Shown here: positions 30,021 to 41,553 of the stretch, piece by piece
How the letters are laid out: each line of letters begins with the position of its first letter
How positions within the stretch are numbered: the first letter of the stretch is position 1
Origin: Macrostomum lignano
Lineage: Eukaryota
Length of the DNA: 64,000 nt
Direction of reading: 5' to 3'
Assembly (NCBI GenBank): GCA_002269645.1
Contig: NIVC01001668.1
Location: 186,001 to 250,000 of the forward strand
Position numbers and translations under genes: made by a program
The notes under the pieces: generated by a model
Databases searched by the model: none
The model's input: only the letters and a program-made list of their open reading frames with translations
What the model was told of the DNA's origin: nothing

Positions 30021-33000
30021 ATGTCTGATAAAAAAATGAGCAAAGAAGAAGAAGTCCATCAAGACAACCGAGACGAAAACGACGAGGAACGCAAAGCGTC
30101 GGTCTCGGTGTCGCTGCTAAGCTTCGCAGATTCCACCACTGCTCACGGGTTCTCTCGGCTGGCGGGCTCCTCAGGCCGAACTGGCAGCGGTCTGTGGCTG
30201 CTGTTTCTGCTGGCGGCCTACGCGGGCCTCTGCTACCACACCGCCACGCTGGTCCTCAAGTTCCAGAGCCACCCGGTGTCCACCAGCCTGATTGCGGAGA
30301 TTCCATTCCAGTATCCGGATATCTACCTGTGCAGCGCCAATCCTGTAGGCTACAGCCGCATCACCAAGTCCATCCAGAAGACGGCCGACTACGCCTACCT
30401 GTACGAGACCAACGTGACGGCTTACAACTTGAAGCTGCAGAGTGACGTCATTAACAACAGTGCGGCGGATGTCAGCCTAGGAATCCACACTGCTTGGCTT
30501 AACTGGCAGTCACTAATTCTATCTACCAGGGTTAACATGTCACCGGGTGAGGCAGTGCTTTGGTTGTTCATTGTATGCCATTTTCACTGAACATTACACT
30601 ATTCATTCAGGCAGTTTAACAGTTTGATTGATGCATCTTGAAGATGTTGATTTGATCTCGTGGTGCACGAAAGTAAGAATTCATCATTTAAAGACAATTC
30701 TTACTCATGTAGTCAATTGGTAGCTTTTGATTTAAGTTGCCACTTATTGCAAAACCAAAAACATTGCACCTGATCGTGCTAAAATTGTCTGATTTACAGT
30801 GGGTAAAATGTTAGTTTTCCAAGTAAATAATTTGATTCAATCAGTTCGGCACGCTTCCTTGTTTGAGCAGCTTGAGCCATATGGGCTGAGCACACTGCTT
30901 GTTGAGTGGTCTGTTGACGCTTAAAAAACTAAATTTGCAGGGCTACCTGCAGAGGGGAGCATAATTTCTGCTACAGTTTTTTGGTCTCAAGCGAACAGGA
31001 AATTTTAAGTCACAGCAGATGCGATTAACAGTAGTTAAGGTCCGACTGTGAATTTTTCATAAAGTTTGCCGGGCGCTACCCAAAAAGTTTTCGATGTCTT
31101 ATTCAAACTAGAAGAGGTCTCAGGAAAGTCTGCTCAGCCCGTACCTTGCCTAAAAAGTCAAGTTGTTTGTCAAAGTTCTTATGCTACTTTCTGCTGCATT
31201 ACATTTCAAATTTGACTTATTAATAACTTACTAAACAGAGTTGCGTCTCCTTACTTTGAGCACAATACCATAGCATATTGGGTTTCACTAGATCAAGCAT
31301 CTATATACCTGCAGACCTCCTCAACAGCTGTCGGATCTCTCTAAATGGCCAGGAGTTCACAGGAAATTACACCACAGCGCTCGCCTACAACCAGAGCCTG
31401 CAGCCGGTCCGAGTGCCCTGCGTCACCTGGTCGGAGGCCCGATCGCTCCTGATCAATATTTCATCCTATATTGGCAACCTGGTGCCCGACCTCAGCCACT
31501 CCTCGTGTCTGCACAACTCCAGTGTAAACATCTCGCTGATCAAGGCTGTGTTAGGCAAGTTCTTAAGCTAAAATTTCTGTTCTTGGTTCGTTAGAAAATG
31601 CTCGATCAGAAATTCAATCGAATCACACAGGCTCCTACGACGGTGACCAGAGTAGCTACACCATTGGCAGAGTCTTTCAAGGCCCGTTCTGCTTTCACAG
31701 ATCCGCTAACAGCAGCAGCGGACTGGATATCAACTACTGCGGCGTGCCGTATTGCAGTGAGTTGCCAACTGGATAATCTGCCTGAAGCTTGCATGGCTTC
31801 CTATGAAATTGCAGTGGCAATGTTTACCCATTCTGAATGCCAACTAGCCTGAGAGGGAATAGTTTCTAGCGCAAATAGCTATAAAGAATAAAATTGCCAG
31901 ATGCTGCAGTTGACATGCCTATAATTCAGATGTAGATCCTTGACGCAGCATTCCCGCAAAAACAGATGTCTTTTACCCGGATATCCTTGATGTACGCAGA
32001 CAAGGCCAACAACACTCTGTCCGGCTGCACATCATTCAACTCGAACATATCCGTGAACACGGTTTTCATGGGCAGCGTGAGGACGTCACGATCCGGCAGG
32101 ACCTGTCAGCCCTGGCAAGCCCTGGTTAACGGCAGTCTCAGCACACAGTTCCGCAACCTCGATCCGGTCATGGAGTTCCGCGTGTTCCTGCCCGACCCCG
32201 AATCTGTTGCGAATGTTGGAAGCGATTGCCGCAGCGCCGCAGTGATGTACAGGGACCCCAGAAAGGGACTGGGCTGGCGACCCATCACTGAGCTCATCAT
32301 TGATGGACAGGTGACCCAAGAGCCTTGGTGTCTAGTTGAGAAGCCAGGCTACAAGAATCTGACAATGGAGAGCTGCAGCGTGCCCGACTGCTGTGAGTTC
32401 CTAATGACTATTTTAAAGGGACAGCACGGTCCTCATATTCTAAAAGTACGTAGAAAAACTTACTTTTTGAAAATCCAAATTGCAGCATCTTCGCTGAAGT
32501 GCATCTCAGGCCTGCTGCACCAGAAGTACGGACCTCACGTGCTCTCCAAGCTGGTCGGTCCGAGCTTGGACGTCACCCTGCTCGACTGCAGCTTCGGTGA
32601 CAAGAAGTGCACACCGGCTGACTTCACTGCGCTGCACCATCCCTACTACGGCGCCTGCTACAAGTTCAACAGCGCTCCGTTCCTTCGAGACCTGACGCCG
32701 ATGCAGCACGGTTTGCGTCCGCTCAGTCTGAAGCTATTCGCCGACGATCACGACTACCTGGGGAACCGGCGTCCGGACACCTTCACGGCCGTCCGAGCAG
32801 TCATGGGCGGCCCGTACAATCTCGGAGAAGCGAGTGACCCGGCTGGATTCAACTTGATCCTGATGCCGCCGGGAGCTTATCCGGGCACCTCACATGCCAT
32901 TCCAATTTACACGGGGGCTCGGTCCACTGTTCGAATAAGCTACTTCGAGGACACGGACAACACAACAAGAGGTTTTTGCAACCCTCTGAAGTCAAGCACC

Positions 33001-36000
33001 AACTACAGTATCTACAGCTGGAGCCCGACCGTGCTTCGACCAAGATACGAGCAGAGCTTTTCGATGCTGGATCCGTACTTTTTGTGAGTTTGAGCAACTT
33101 TAGCTCATGTAAATGTAAAAAGCCGTTTTACTTCTTATATGTTGTGAGATTGTATTTCCGTTGATTTGTTTAAAAAATGAAAATGCAAATTATTTCTTTT
33201 CGCAAATGATATTGATATCGCTTTTGACAAGCTAAATGGAAATTTGGACAATCAAAACGGGACGCAATAGACATTCAAGCCAGGCCGCAGACTCGGGCTG
33301 CTTGGGAATACACAACCATAGAGTGTGAAATGGACAATCAAAACGGGACGCAATAGACATTCAAGCCAGGCCGCAGACTCGGGCTGCTTGGGAATACACA
33401 ACCATAGAGTGTGAAATGGACAATCAAAACGGGACGCAATAGACATTCAAGCCAGGCCGCAGACTCGGGCTGCTTGGGAATACACAACCATAGAGTGTGA
33501 AATGGACAATCAAAATGAAAAAAAGCCATTCAAAACGGGAATTTGCCCAATGTAATGTATTTTTTATATCTCGGGCCACTGGAATATTTAAAAGTGAAGA
33601 AAGTGCCAGTTACCGGAAGATTCTTGCTCTTGTTCAATCGCATCTATGAGCCGCTGGCGATCTGCTACAGGAATTGGTGACGCCATTGAATGGGATCGCT
33701 TTCAGGCCAAAGACGAGCAAGCAGGAGAGGGAGGGACAGAGAGCTATAAAATCTCAGTCCGATTTCCGTTTTGAATCGCTTTTTACCATATCGAAGGTCC
33801 AAAGTTATAGTCTATGGCCAAGCCTCCCTCAGTAGACTCTGAAAGAACTGTTTAAGTCCATGACTAGGGTGAGATCTGTGGCCTGGCTTGAATGTCTATG
33901 GCGTCCCGTTTTGATTGTCCAAATTCCCATTAATATCGCCAAAAGCGATAATACGAAGCTCATTGTCTAACAATTTGACGTAAACACCACACCCCAAGGG
34001 AAGGGAAGACGGACGCGAGTGTTTGCGAGTATCGAGTACAGTGCGAGTGGATGCGACGGTCCAAAATCCGAAAAATGATGGGAAAAATAGTGAAAGAAAA
34101 ACGGGGGGCACGCAGAATTCTGGTCACGCTTGCAAGCAAAATAAAATAAGCAGTCATTAAAACAGCACTTAATCGATAAAACAACAGTCATCATTGCAAA
34201 AAAGATAAAATACAAAATAAGAAAAGTGCACGAGTTGAGAAGAAAGAAACCAGAGCATTTGAGTCCAAGCCAGAGGAAAAAGAAAGCAGACAGCACACAA
34301 GCTTCTACCCAGAGCAGGCAAACGAAAAATTATAGGCATTGAGACAGTTTGCGAACAGCCGCCAGCTGGAGGTCGAAGCCTTTCTCCAGCCCCAGGTACA
34401 CCTCAACCGCCGAGCTCCGCCAGTCGCCCAGGGCCTTGACGACCGGCAGCGGCACACCGGCGCGGAACGCCAGCGAGGCGCCGCCGCGTCGAAGGCTGTG
34501 AGGGGACAGAGACCGGTCTGCCAGGCCGGCACGGTGGACGACGTGCTGAAACAGGCGACAGAACCGGGTGCCGGTCAGAGGCGTCAGGCCGCCGCTGCTT
34601 CGGTAGGCGAAGAGGTGGGCAGCAGCGGCGCGGTCGGGCTGGTTGATGCGCAGGTGGTGAAGCAGCGCTGCCACCGGGCAGAGCGGGTGCTGCGCGCGTG
34701 CCGGAGGCGCGCAGGACAACGCGGTGCACTCGCTGGCGGAACTGGTTCGTCTTGGAGCGCCGAATGTGCAGGATGGCCAGATCCGGTGATACTTGCAGGT
34801 CGCCGCAGGTGACCGCCTCGCCGGCTGGTGGGAACGGTTTCGAGCAGCACAGATTGGCGCGGCGCAGGAGGCCCCAGAATCCGACCAGGGCCGCCGCCCA
34901 GAAGGCTGCATCTTGAGGCTGCTGCAGGCGCAGGGTTCCTCGCAGTTTGAGGAGGTCACCCAGAGTGATGGGCGCCTTGCGCACCGGCGGCTTGGCGAGT
35001 TTGCGCTGCACACCGCGGAGGAGCAGGTCGAGGCGGGGGTCGCGAGGAAGGCCGCGGCCGGTCTGGAGCTTGCAGTGCAGGTCTGCGGCGTTAATGTACG
35101 CACCGACGCTGGCATGCGAGGAGAGGCGGTCGGACAGCGCGATGATGTCGTGCGCGACCTGCTGCAGAGACGGTCTGGTGCTGTCGATGCGCATCTGCTT
35201 GCAGAACCGCTTCCAGGAGTCGATCTGGCAGCGGTAAGAGCGCGCGGTTGTCTCAGCGAAGGCCAGGTGGCAGAGCTCGCGGTAGCGCTTGCTGAAGTTC
35301 GCGCTCGGGACTTGAGGCGGGCGATTTGTAGGGCGAGAAATTCGCAGGTGGCTGGCGAGAGGGTGTGCTCTCTAAGGTTGCTAAGGTCAACGTGAACAGA
35401 GCCAAAGAGCCGGAGCAGGAAGTTTGTCAGCTCGCTGATGTCATCGGCTCGGCTGCCACTATCAGCGAAGATCTGGAATGTCCCAGGGACGTGGAAGGCC
35501 TGGACGGAGAGGTCGCGGTGCGCAGCGAGGAGCATCAGCTGTTGCAGAGCCGAGTTGACGACCCGATTTGGCGACGAGCCCTTGTTGATGGCGCCGACTG
35601 CGGCGGTGCTGTTAGAGTAGATCACAAGCTGGCTGCCCAGTTGCAGCTGCTGCTGGAAATGCAGGGCCGTAAGCACTGGCGCGAGACTTTCCTTGAAGTT
35701 GATGTGGTTGAGTCGCGGTGCCAGTCCATGATGAGCCAACTGGTGGTGTCTGGGCCGCGGATGATGCCGCAGCCGCCCCAGTTGGACGCGTCGGACTCGA
35801 TGGCCCAGCTGGGCCCGTGGAACGCCAGATTTTGCAGCTGGGGGAGGCGGCCAGGCAGGCGTCCCACCAGCTGGATCTCGCGGAGATCATTGTGCACGCG
35901 CAGTTTGTGCCGCTGCTGCTTCAGGTCGCTGAGCTCGAGCAGGAGTGGTCTCAGGAAGCACCTCCCAATGCGGACCACCTGGCAGACCCAGTTGATGCGG

Positions 36001-38271
36001 CCACAAAGCGATTGGAGTTGGCGCTTGGTGATGCGCTTGCGAGAGAGCGCGGACTGCAGCTGAGACTTGGTGGCGTCGAGCTTGTCCTTCGGAAGCTCCA
36101 GCAGGCCGCTGACGGTGTCGATGAGGACGCCCAGGTAGACCAGTCTGGTGCACGGCGCCACCACCTTGCTCCAGTTGATGGAGAAGCCAAGCTTCCGCAG
36201 CAGATTGAGCAGGGTGTCGAGAGCGAGCTGGCAGTCGTCCTTGCTGGAGGCTGCTATGGCGAAGTCGTCGAGATAGCTGCCGATATCGTTGAAGCCCCGT
36301 CTCTGCATCATGCGCTTGACGGCCTGGCTCAGGCGGTGAAAAACTTCCACGGAGGCAGCAGCGCCAAAGGGGAGCCGCGTGTCGCAGATGTACGAATCGC
36401 TGCGCTGGTCGCTGAATTTCCACTTCAAGCCGGTGAGCCGAAAATCGTGCGGGCTGATGCCGACACTCCGGTAGGCATTGGCGAGGTCGACTTTGGCCAT
36501 GAACCAACCGGGCTGCAGCTTGGCGGTGAAGTAACTGACGGTCTCGAACTTGATTCGGTAGTCGGAAGAAAATCGGCTGTTTAGGGAGAGACCCGGAGGG
36601 TTGGAGCAGTCGTGGGTGAGTCGAATCTTGTTGTTGCCCTTCGGAATGGCGCCAAGGGCGCTGATGACCTCCGGTTTGTCACTGACTTGAACGTAGCGGC
36701 CATCAAGGATTTCCTCTCGCACCTGCTGCTCGACCAGCTGCCGGTAACTGTTGACTTATAGGTAGTTCTGGATTTCTGACATAGTTGAGGCTCTTTCTGA
36801 CGGGTCAGGGCAGGTGAGTTGGAAGCCGTTGCGGATGCCATTCAGCAGGAATTCGCGGTCAGGATCGTCAGCCAGCTCAGCTTCCCAGGCGGCTGTGGCG
36901 AGGTCGGATGAGAAAACAACGGACTCGAGGGGCTTGGGACAGGGCCAGCCGGGGGGCAGCGGGGGTTCGACTTTGGCTTCCGCCGGGGCAGCTGCGCTGC
37001 CAGTTGAGCCCCCGGCCGGCAGAGATCGCGTTGCCGCCCTGACTTGACTTTGGTGCCAGAATGTGCTTGGATAGCAGCTGCAGCGACTCCCGCTCCCAGC
37101 TGCCGCTCGACTGATGTTGCAGGATCCTGAAGTCTTCATCGTAACAGTTGAGGGTGGCCTGACTGAAACCCTGGTGCATAAACTCGCCGAACTGCACACA
37201 GTAGCGAACGTAGGCCTTCAGCTGTTCAAGATCCACCGCGCCATCCTTAACGGTGACCAGGGAACCTCGTCGAGGAGTTTCAGCAGGATTCGGTTGCTGC
37301 CTGCTACCCACTGACCCGCCGAGATCTGCTCAGTCCAGACTCTGGACTTCTCGCCGGAGGCAGGCTCCTCGCCATCACGGTTGATAAAGTCCTTTACCAG
37401 AAGGGGCTTTGACGGTCCCGACGGCCTGGCAGAAGTGCTGTAGAGGCCTTGAAGGCCCAGGTCTGGCAGTCCCAGCTCCGGCTCATAGGCAGCAGGGGAC
37501 CGGTCAATCGGCAAGGGGCTCCGCAACTTACGGCTCTGTTGGCAAGGCTTGTTCTTCAGCTCAGCCTCGATCTCAGCGGTCTGGCGTTGGAGAGTCCGTT
37601 GGAGAGACTTGCAACTCTCGCTTGCGACCGCCACTGGGGAGTCCCAGTTGGCGTAGACGGTCTCTAAGCTGCCTTGCAGTCATTTGGTCAATTAAAATTT
37701 CGGCCATTGCAATTGCAGCCTAGGCAGCACTCACGGCACTCCGTACGATTAAAAAAAATTTCATGCAGCGCGAGAAAGGTGAGGCAGGCTGAGTAAAAGC
37801 TAGGTGATATAAACCTCACGGCGGAGGGGTGCAGTGCAGAGGGGGACTTGGGGTGGGTGTTTACAACCACAACAAACGCCGATTGGACACATCATTGTTT
37901 ATTTCTTACAATATCGCTTACAATAGTCGTTTTTAATCACTGCCTTCAACTTTCCACTTTAACTTTCCAGCGAATTCAACAGCAGCAGCTGGTCTTCGAG
38001 GACAACCAGGAGTCTTGCGCCAATCTCGCCGTTGTCGAAGAGTTCGTTGGAAAGTGCGGCTGCCTGCCGTATCCGCTGCCAATTCCGACAAAGTACATCA
38101 ACATTCCCGATGCTTTACTTTGGAGAACTCCAGTTCGGCCGGCATCGACCAGCTGTTGACAAACCGAGGCCTGCGCCATCAACTTGTTCAACCAGTTTTG
38201 AGACGCTCACTGAAACCTTCTGGGCGAAGTGCAGGCCGAACTGCGGAAAGCCAAAATACTTGACGCAGCTG
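30021..38271 (+). CDS. DEG/ENaC subunit B with two kringle-like domains; last (TM2) exon not present before the gap
   Basis: Exons 30021-30546, 31315-31554, 31631-31756, 32000-32392, 32486-33083, 37971-38271, with the same phases and near-identical sizes as gene A. Exon 6 has four compensating 1-nt indels. Intron 5 is expanded by a retroelement. Confidence 0.82.
33218..33948. mobile_element. MITE-like element with about 70-bp imperfect TIRs and 3 x 86-bp internal tandem repeat
   Basis: Ends are tcgcttttg...ttggacaatcaaaacgggacgc-atagacattcaagccaggcc and its reverse complement, flanked by TA. Confidence 0.55.
33980..37864 (-). mobile_element. Tyrosine-recombinase retrotransposon (DIRS order, Ngaro-like): gag-like ORF1, RT/RNase H, YR; frameshifted
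   Basis: RT: KVDLANAYR...RLPFG...SYLDDF. RNase H: SDASNWGG...HINFKE...INKGSS...FHVPG. YR: LLRRAN...RRSKTNQ...HSLRRGGAS...GDWRS...VYL. No methyltransferase ORF seen. Confidence 0.88.
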
Positions 38272-39435
38272 GTGAGTCAGGCTTAGTCCAGTTGCCCAAA
38301 GTGTATAGGTTTGTTTAGGTAATTATTTTTACTATCGTGCTTTCAAAAATTTGATATGACTTGGCCTTTTCTTAGTAACCCTGTTGATATTCGTAGAGCC
38401 TTTGTTTAAAAACTCAGGGTTCTCTGTCAATTTAAAATTCCACATGCATGTCCGGTGCCTAATAATCATAAAAATGGCATACGATCGTATATTAGCCTTT
38501 TGTTCTGAACGAAAAGCTCTACGAATATCGATAGAGCTACAAGAAAGGCAAATCATGTCAAAAGATGAACTTCGGGTCTGCTTCCAATATAAAGCAATTA
38601 CAATTTTTTTGTGCTGAAAAAATTAAATCCTCCATTCTCCGTAATGTATTTTTCGGTAAAACCTGCCTCTTGAGCATCTCCTCTTCTCAATCTCGTCCTT
38701 CTCCTTGAGAATTTACACTTATAACTAGATGATTGATGAATGCTTCGTGTTAAGACTGATCAAAGTAAGAAAGAAATTTTCAGTCAAGAATCGCTTGAGA
38801 AGTTTGTTTAACGTCACGAACATCATACAATACGTGTTCGACATTCATTTCAGTGCAAAAGTGCATTCTTGATTTGACTTGGCACAGGGGGTTCTGGGAA
38901 TCCGAATCCGGATAGAGCGGGGAGGCGTTGTCGCCCATTCCGCTAACCTCTGGCGACCACGGGCAGCTGGTGCTGCGGTGTCGCGCAGGGAGACCGGTGG
39001 TGCCGGTGTTCGCAGCGCGGTCCCCCTCCCGGTCTCCCTCGCTCGCCCGGCTGCCCTTGGGTAGCGGATGAGCTGGCAGAGATTCTCGGGCCTGAAAACG
39101 GGTCGAGGTAGATGAGCCTGTCCTAAATAGAGGCAGGGCATTCTCAGATGAAGTGCTCCGCATTTTCAACAACGGAAAGGCGCTAGGAGGCGCTAGCACA
39201 CCTCTCCCTGTGCTTGGTTGTCACCCACTGGTTAAATCCAAGTGGTGACAATTACAAAATGTCTATAAGAAGCTTGTTGCGCAAACAGAACCAAAATTCG
39301 AGTATTTCCAGTTGAGAACAACTAGTGCTTTTGGTGTCAAAAAAATCCCTTTTCTATATATTTTCCTATGCTAAAATCTGGTGGGATCCAAGCATTAATC
39401 ACAAAGTTATTCACGAAACAAGTTGTAAAGTTACT

Positions 39436-39451
39436 TATGGGACACCCTGTA
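39436..39451 (-). mobile_element. Isolated Tc1/mariner-type TIR end next to the gap
   Basis: ttatgggacaccctgta is the reverse complement of TA-CAGGGTGTCCCATAA, a typical mariner/Tc1 terminus. Partner end not found. Confidence 0.4.
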
Positions 39452-39461
39452 TTTCCAATTG

Positions 39462-40408
39462 NNNNNNNNNNNNNNNNNNNNNNNNNNNNNNNNNNNNNNN
39501 NNNNNNNNNNNNNNNNNNNNNNNNNNNNNNNNNNNNNNNNNNNNNNNNNNNNNNNNNNNNNNNNNNNNNNNNNNNNNNNNNNNNNNNNNNNNNNNNNNNN
39601 NNNNNNNNNNNNNNNNNNNNNNNNNNNNNNNNNNNNNNNNNNNNNNNNNNNNNNNNNNNNNNNNNNNNNNNNNNNNNNNNNNNNNNNNNNNNNNNNNNNN
39701 NNNNNNNNNNNNNNNNNNNNNNNNNNNNNNNNNNNNNNNNNNNNNNNNNNNNNNNNNNNNNNNNNNNNNNNNNNNNNNNNNNNNNNNNNNNNNNNNNNNN
39801 NNNNNNNNNNNNNNNNNNNNNNNNNNNNNNNNNNNNNNNNNNNNNNNNNNNNNNNNNNNNNNNNNNNNNNNNNNNNNNNNNNNNNNNNNNNNNNNNNNNN
39901 NNNNNNNNNNNNNNNNNNNNNNNNNNNNNNNNNNNNNNNNNNNNNNNNNNNNNNNNNNNNNNNNNNNNNNNNNNNNNNNNNNNNNNNNNNNNNNNNNNNN
40001 NNNNNNNNNNNNNNNNNNNNNNNNNNNNNNNNNNNNNNNNNNNNNNNNNNNNNNNNNNNNNNNNNNNNNNNNNNNNNNNNNNNNNNNNNNNNNNNNNNNN
40101 NNNNNNNNNNNNNNNNNNNNNNNNNNNNNNNNNNNNNNNNNNNNNNNNNNNNNNNNNNNNNNNNNNNNNNNNNNNNNNNNNNNNNNNNNNNNNNNNNNNN
40201 NNNNNNNNNNNNNNNNNNNNNNNNNNNNNNNNNNNNNNNNNNNNNNNNNNNNNNNNNNNNNNNNNNNNNNNNNNNNNNNNNNNNNNNNNNNNNNNNNNNN
40301 NNNNNNNNNNNNNNNNNNNNNNNNNNNNNNNNNNNNNNNNNNNNNNNNNNNNNNNNNNNNNNNNNNNNNNNNNNNNNNNNNNNNNNNNNNNNNNNNNNNN
40401 NNNNNNNN
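39462..40408. other. Assembly gap (947 N)
   Basis: Run of N. Confidence 1.
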
Positions 40409-41553
40409 GAATAACTTTGTGATTAATGCTTGGATCCCCACCAGATTTTAGCATATGGAAAATATATAGAAAAGGGATTTTTTTGACACCAAAAGCACTA
40501 GTTGTTCTCAACTGGAAATACTCGAATTTGGTTCTGTTGTCGCAACAAGCTTCTTATAGACATTTTGTAATTGTCACCACTTGGATTTAACCAGTGGGTG
40601 ACAACCAAGCACAGGGAGAGGTGTGCTAGCGCCCTCCTAGCGCCTTTCCGTTGTTGAAAATGCGGAGCACTTCATCTGAGAATGCCCTGCCTCTACTCAG
40701 GACAGGCTCATCTACCTCGACCCGTTTTCAGGCCCGCAGAATCTCTGCCAGCTCATCCGCTACCAAGGGCAGCCGGCGAGCGAGGGAGACCGGGAGGGGG
40801 ACCGCGCTGCGAACACCGGCCACCACCGGTCTCCCTGCGCGACACCGCAGCACCAGCTGCCCGTGGTCGCCAGAGGTTAGCGGAATGGGCGACAACGCCT
40901 CCCCGCTCTATCCGGATTCGGATTCCCAGAACCCCCTGGTGCCAAGTCAAATCAAGAATGCACTTTTGCACTGAAATGAATGTCGAACACGTATTGTATG
41001 ATGTTCGTGACGTTAAACAAACTTCTCAAGCGATTCTTGACTGAAAATTTCTTTCTTACTTTGATCAGTCTTAACACGAAGCATTCATCAATCATCTAGT
41101 TATAAGTGTAAATTCTCAAGGAGAAGGACGAGATTGAGAAGAAGGAGATGCTCAAGAGGCAGGTTTTACCGAAAAAATACATTACGGAGAATGGAGGATT
41201 TAATTTTTTCAGCACAAAAAATTGTAATTGCTTTATATTGGAAGCAGACCCGAAGTTCATCTTTTGACATGATTTGCCTTTCTTGTAGCTCTATCGATAT
41301 TCGTAGAGCTTTTCGTTCAGAACAAAAGGCTAATATACGATCGTATGCCATTTTTATGATTATTAGGCACCGGACATGCATGTGGAATTTTAAATTGACA
41401 GAGAACCCTGAGTTTTTAAACAAAGGCTCTACGAATATCAACAGGGTTACTAAGAAAAGGCCAAGTCATATCAAATTTTTGAAAGCACGATAGTAAAAAT
41501 AATTACCTAAACAAACCTATACACTTTGGGCAACTGGACTAAGCCTGACTCAC

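Larger units (their letters stand above)
22020..39416. repeat. Left arm of a large inverted duplication
   Basis: Reverse-complement colinear with 40409-64000 across genes, introns and intergenic DNA. Confidence 0.95.

Noticed and set aside
31966-33087. Single 373-aa exon reading through 32393-32485
   Set aside because: The segment has GT-AG ends at the same position as intron 4 of A. The mirror intron is 94 nt and breaks the frame, so the read-through is fortuitous.
38330-39300. Possible degraded coding sequence or missing TM2 exon
   Set aside because: No GGxLGL-type motif. Short coding-like stretches are stop-interrupted, and I could not assign them to a family.
39325-40511. ORFs of 330-365 aa across the gap
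   Set aside because: Composed of N-derived X residues.
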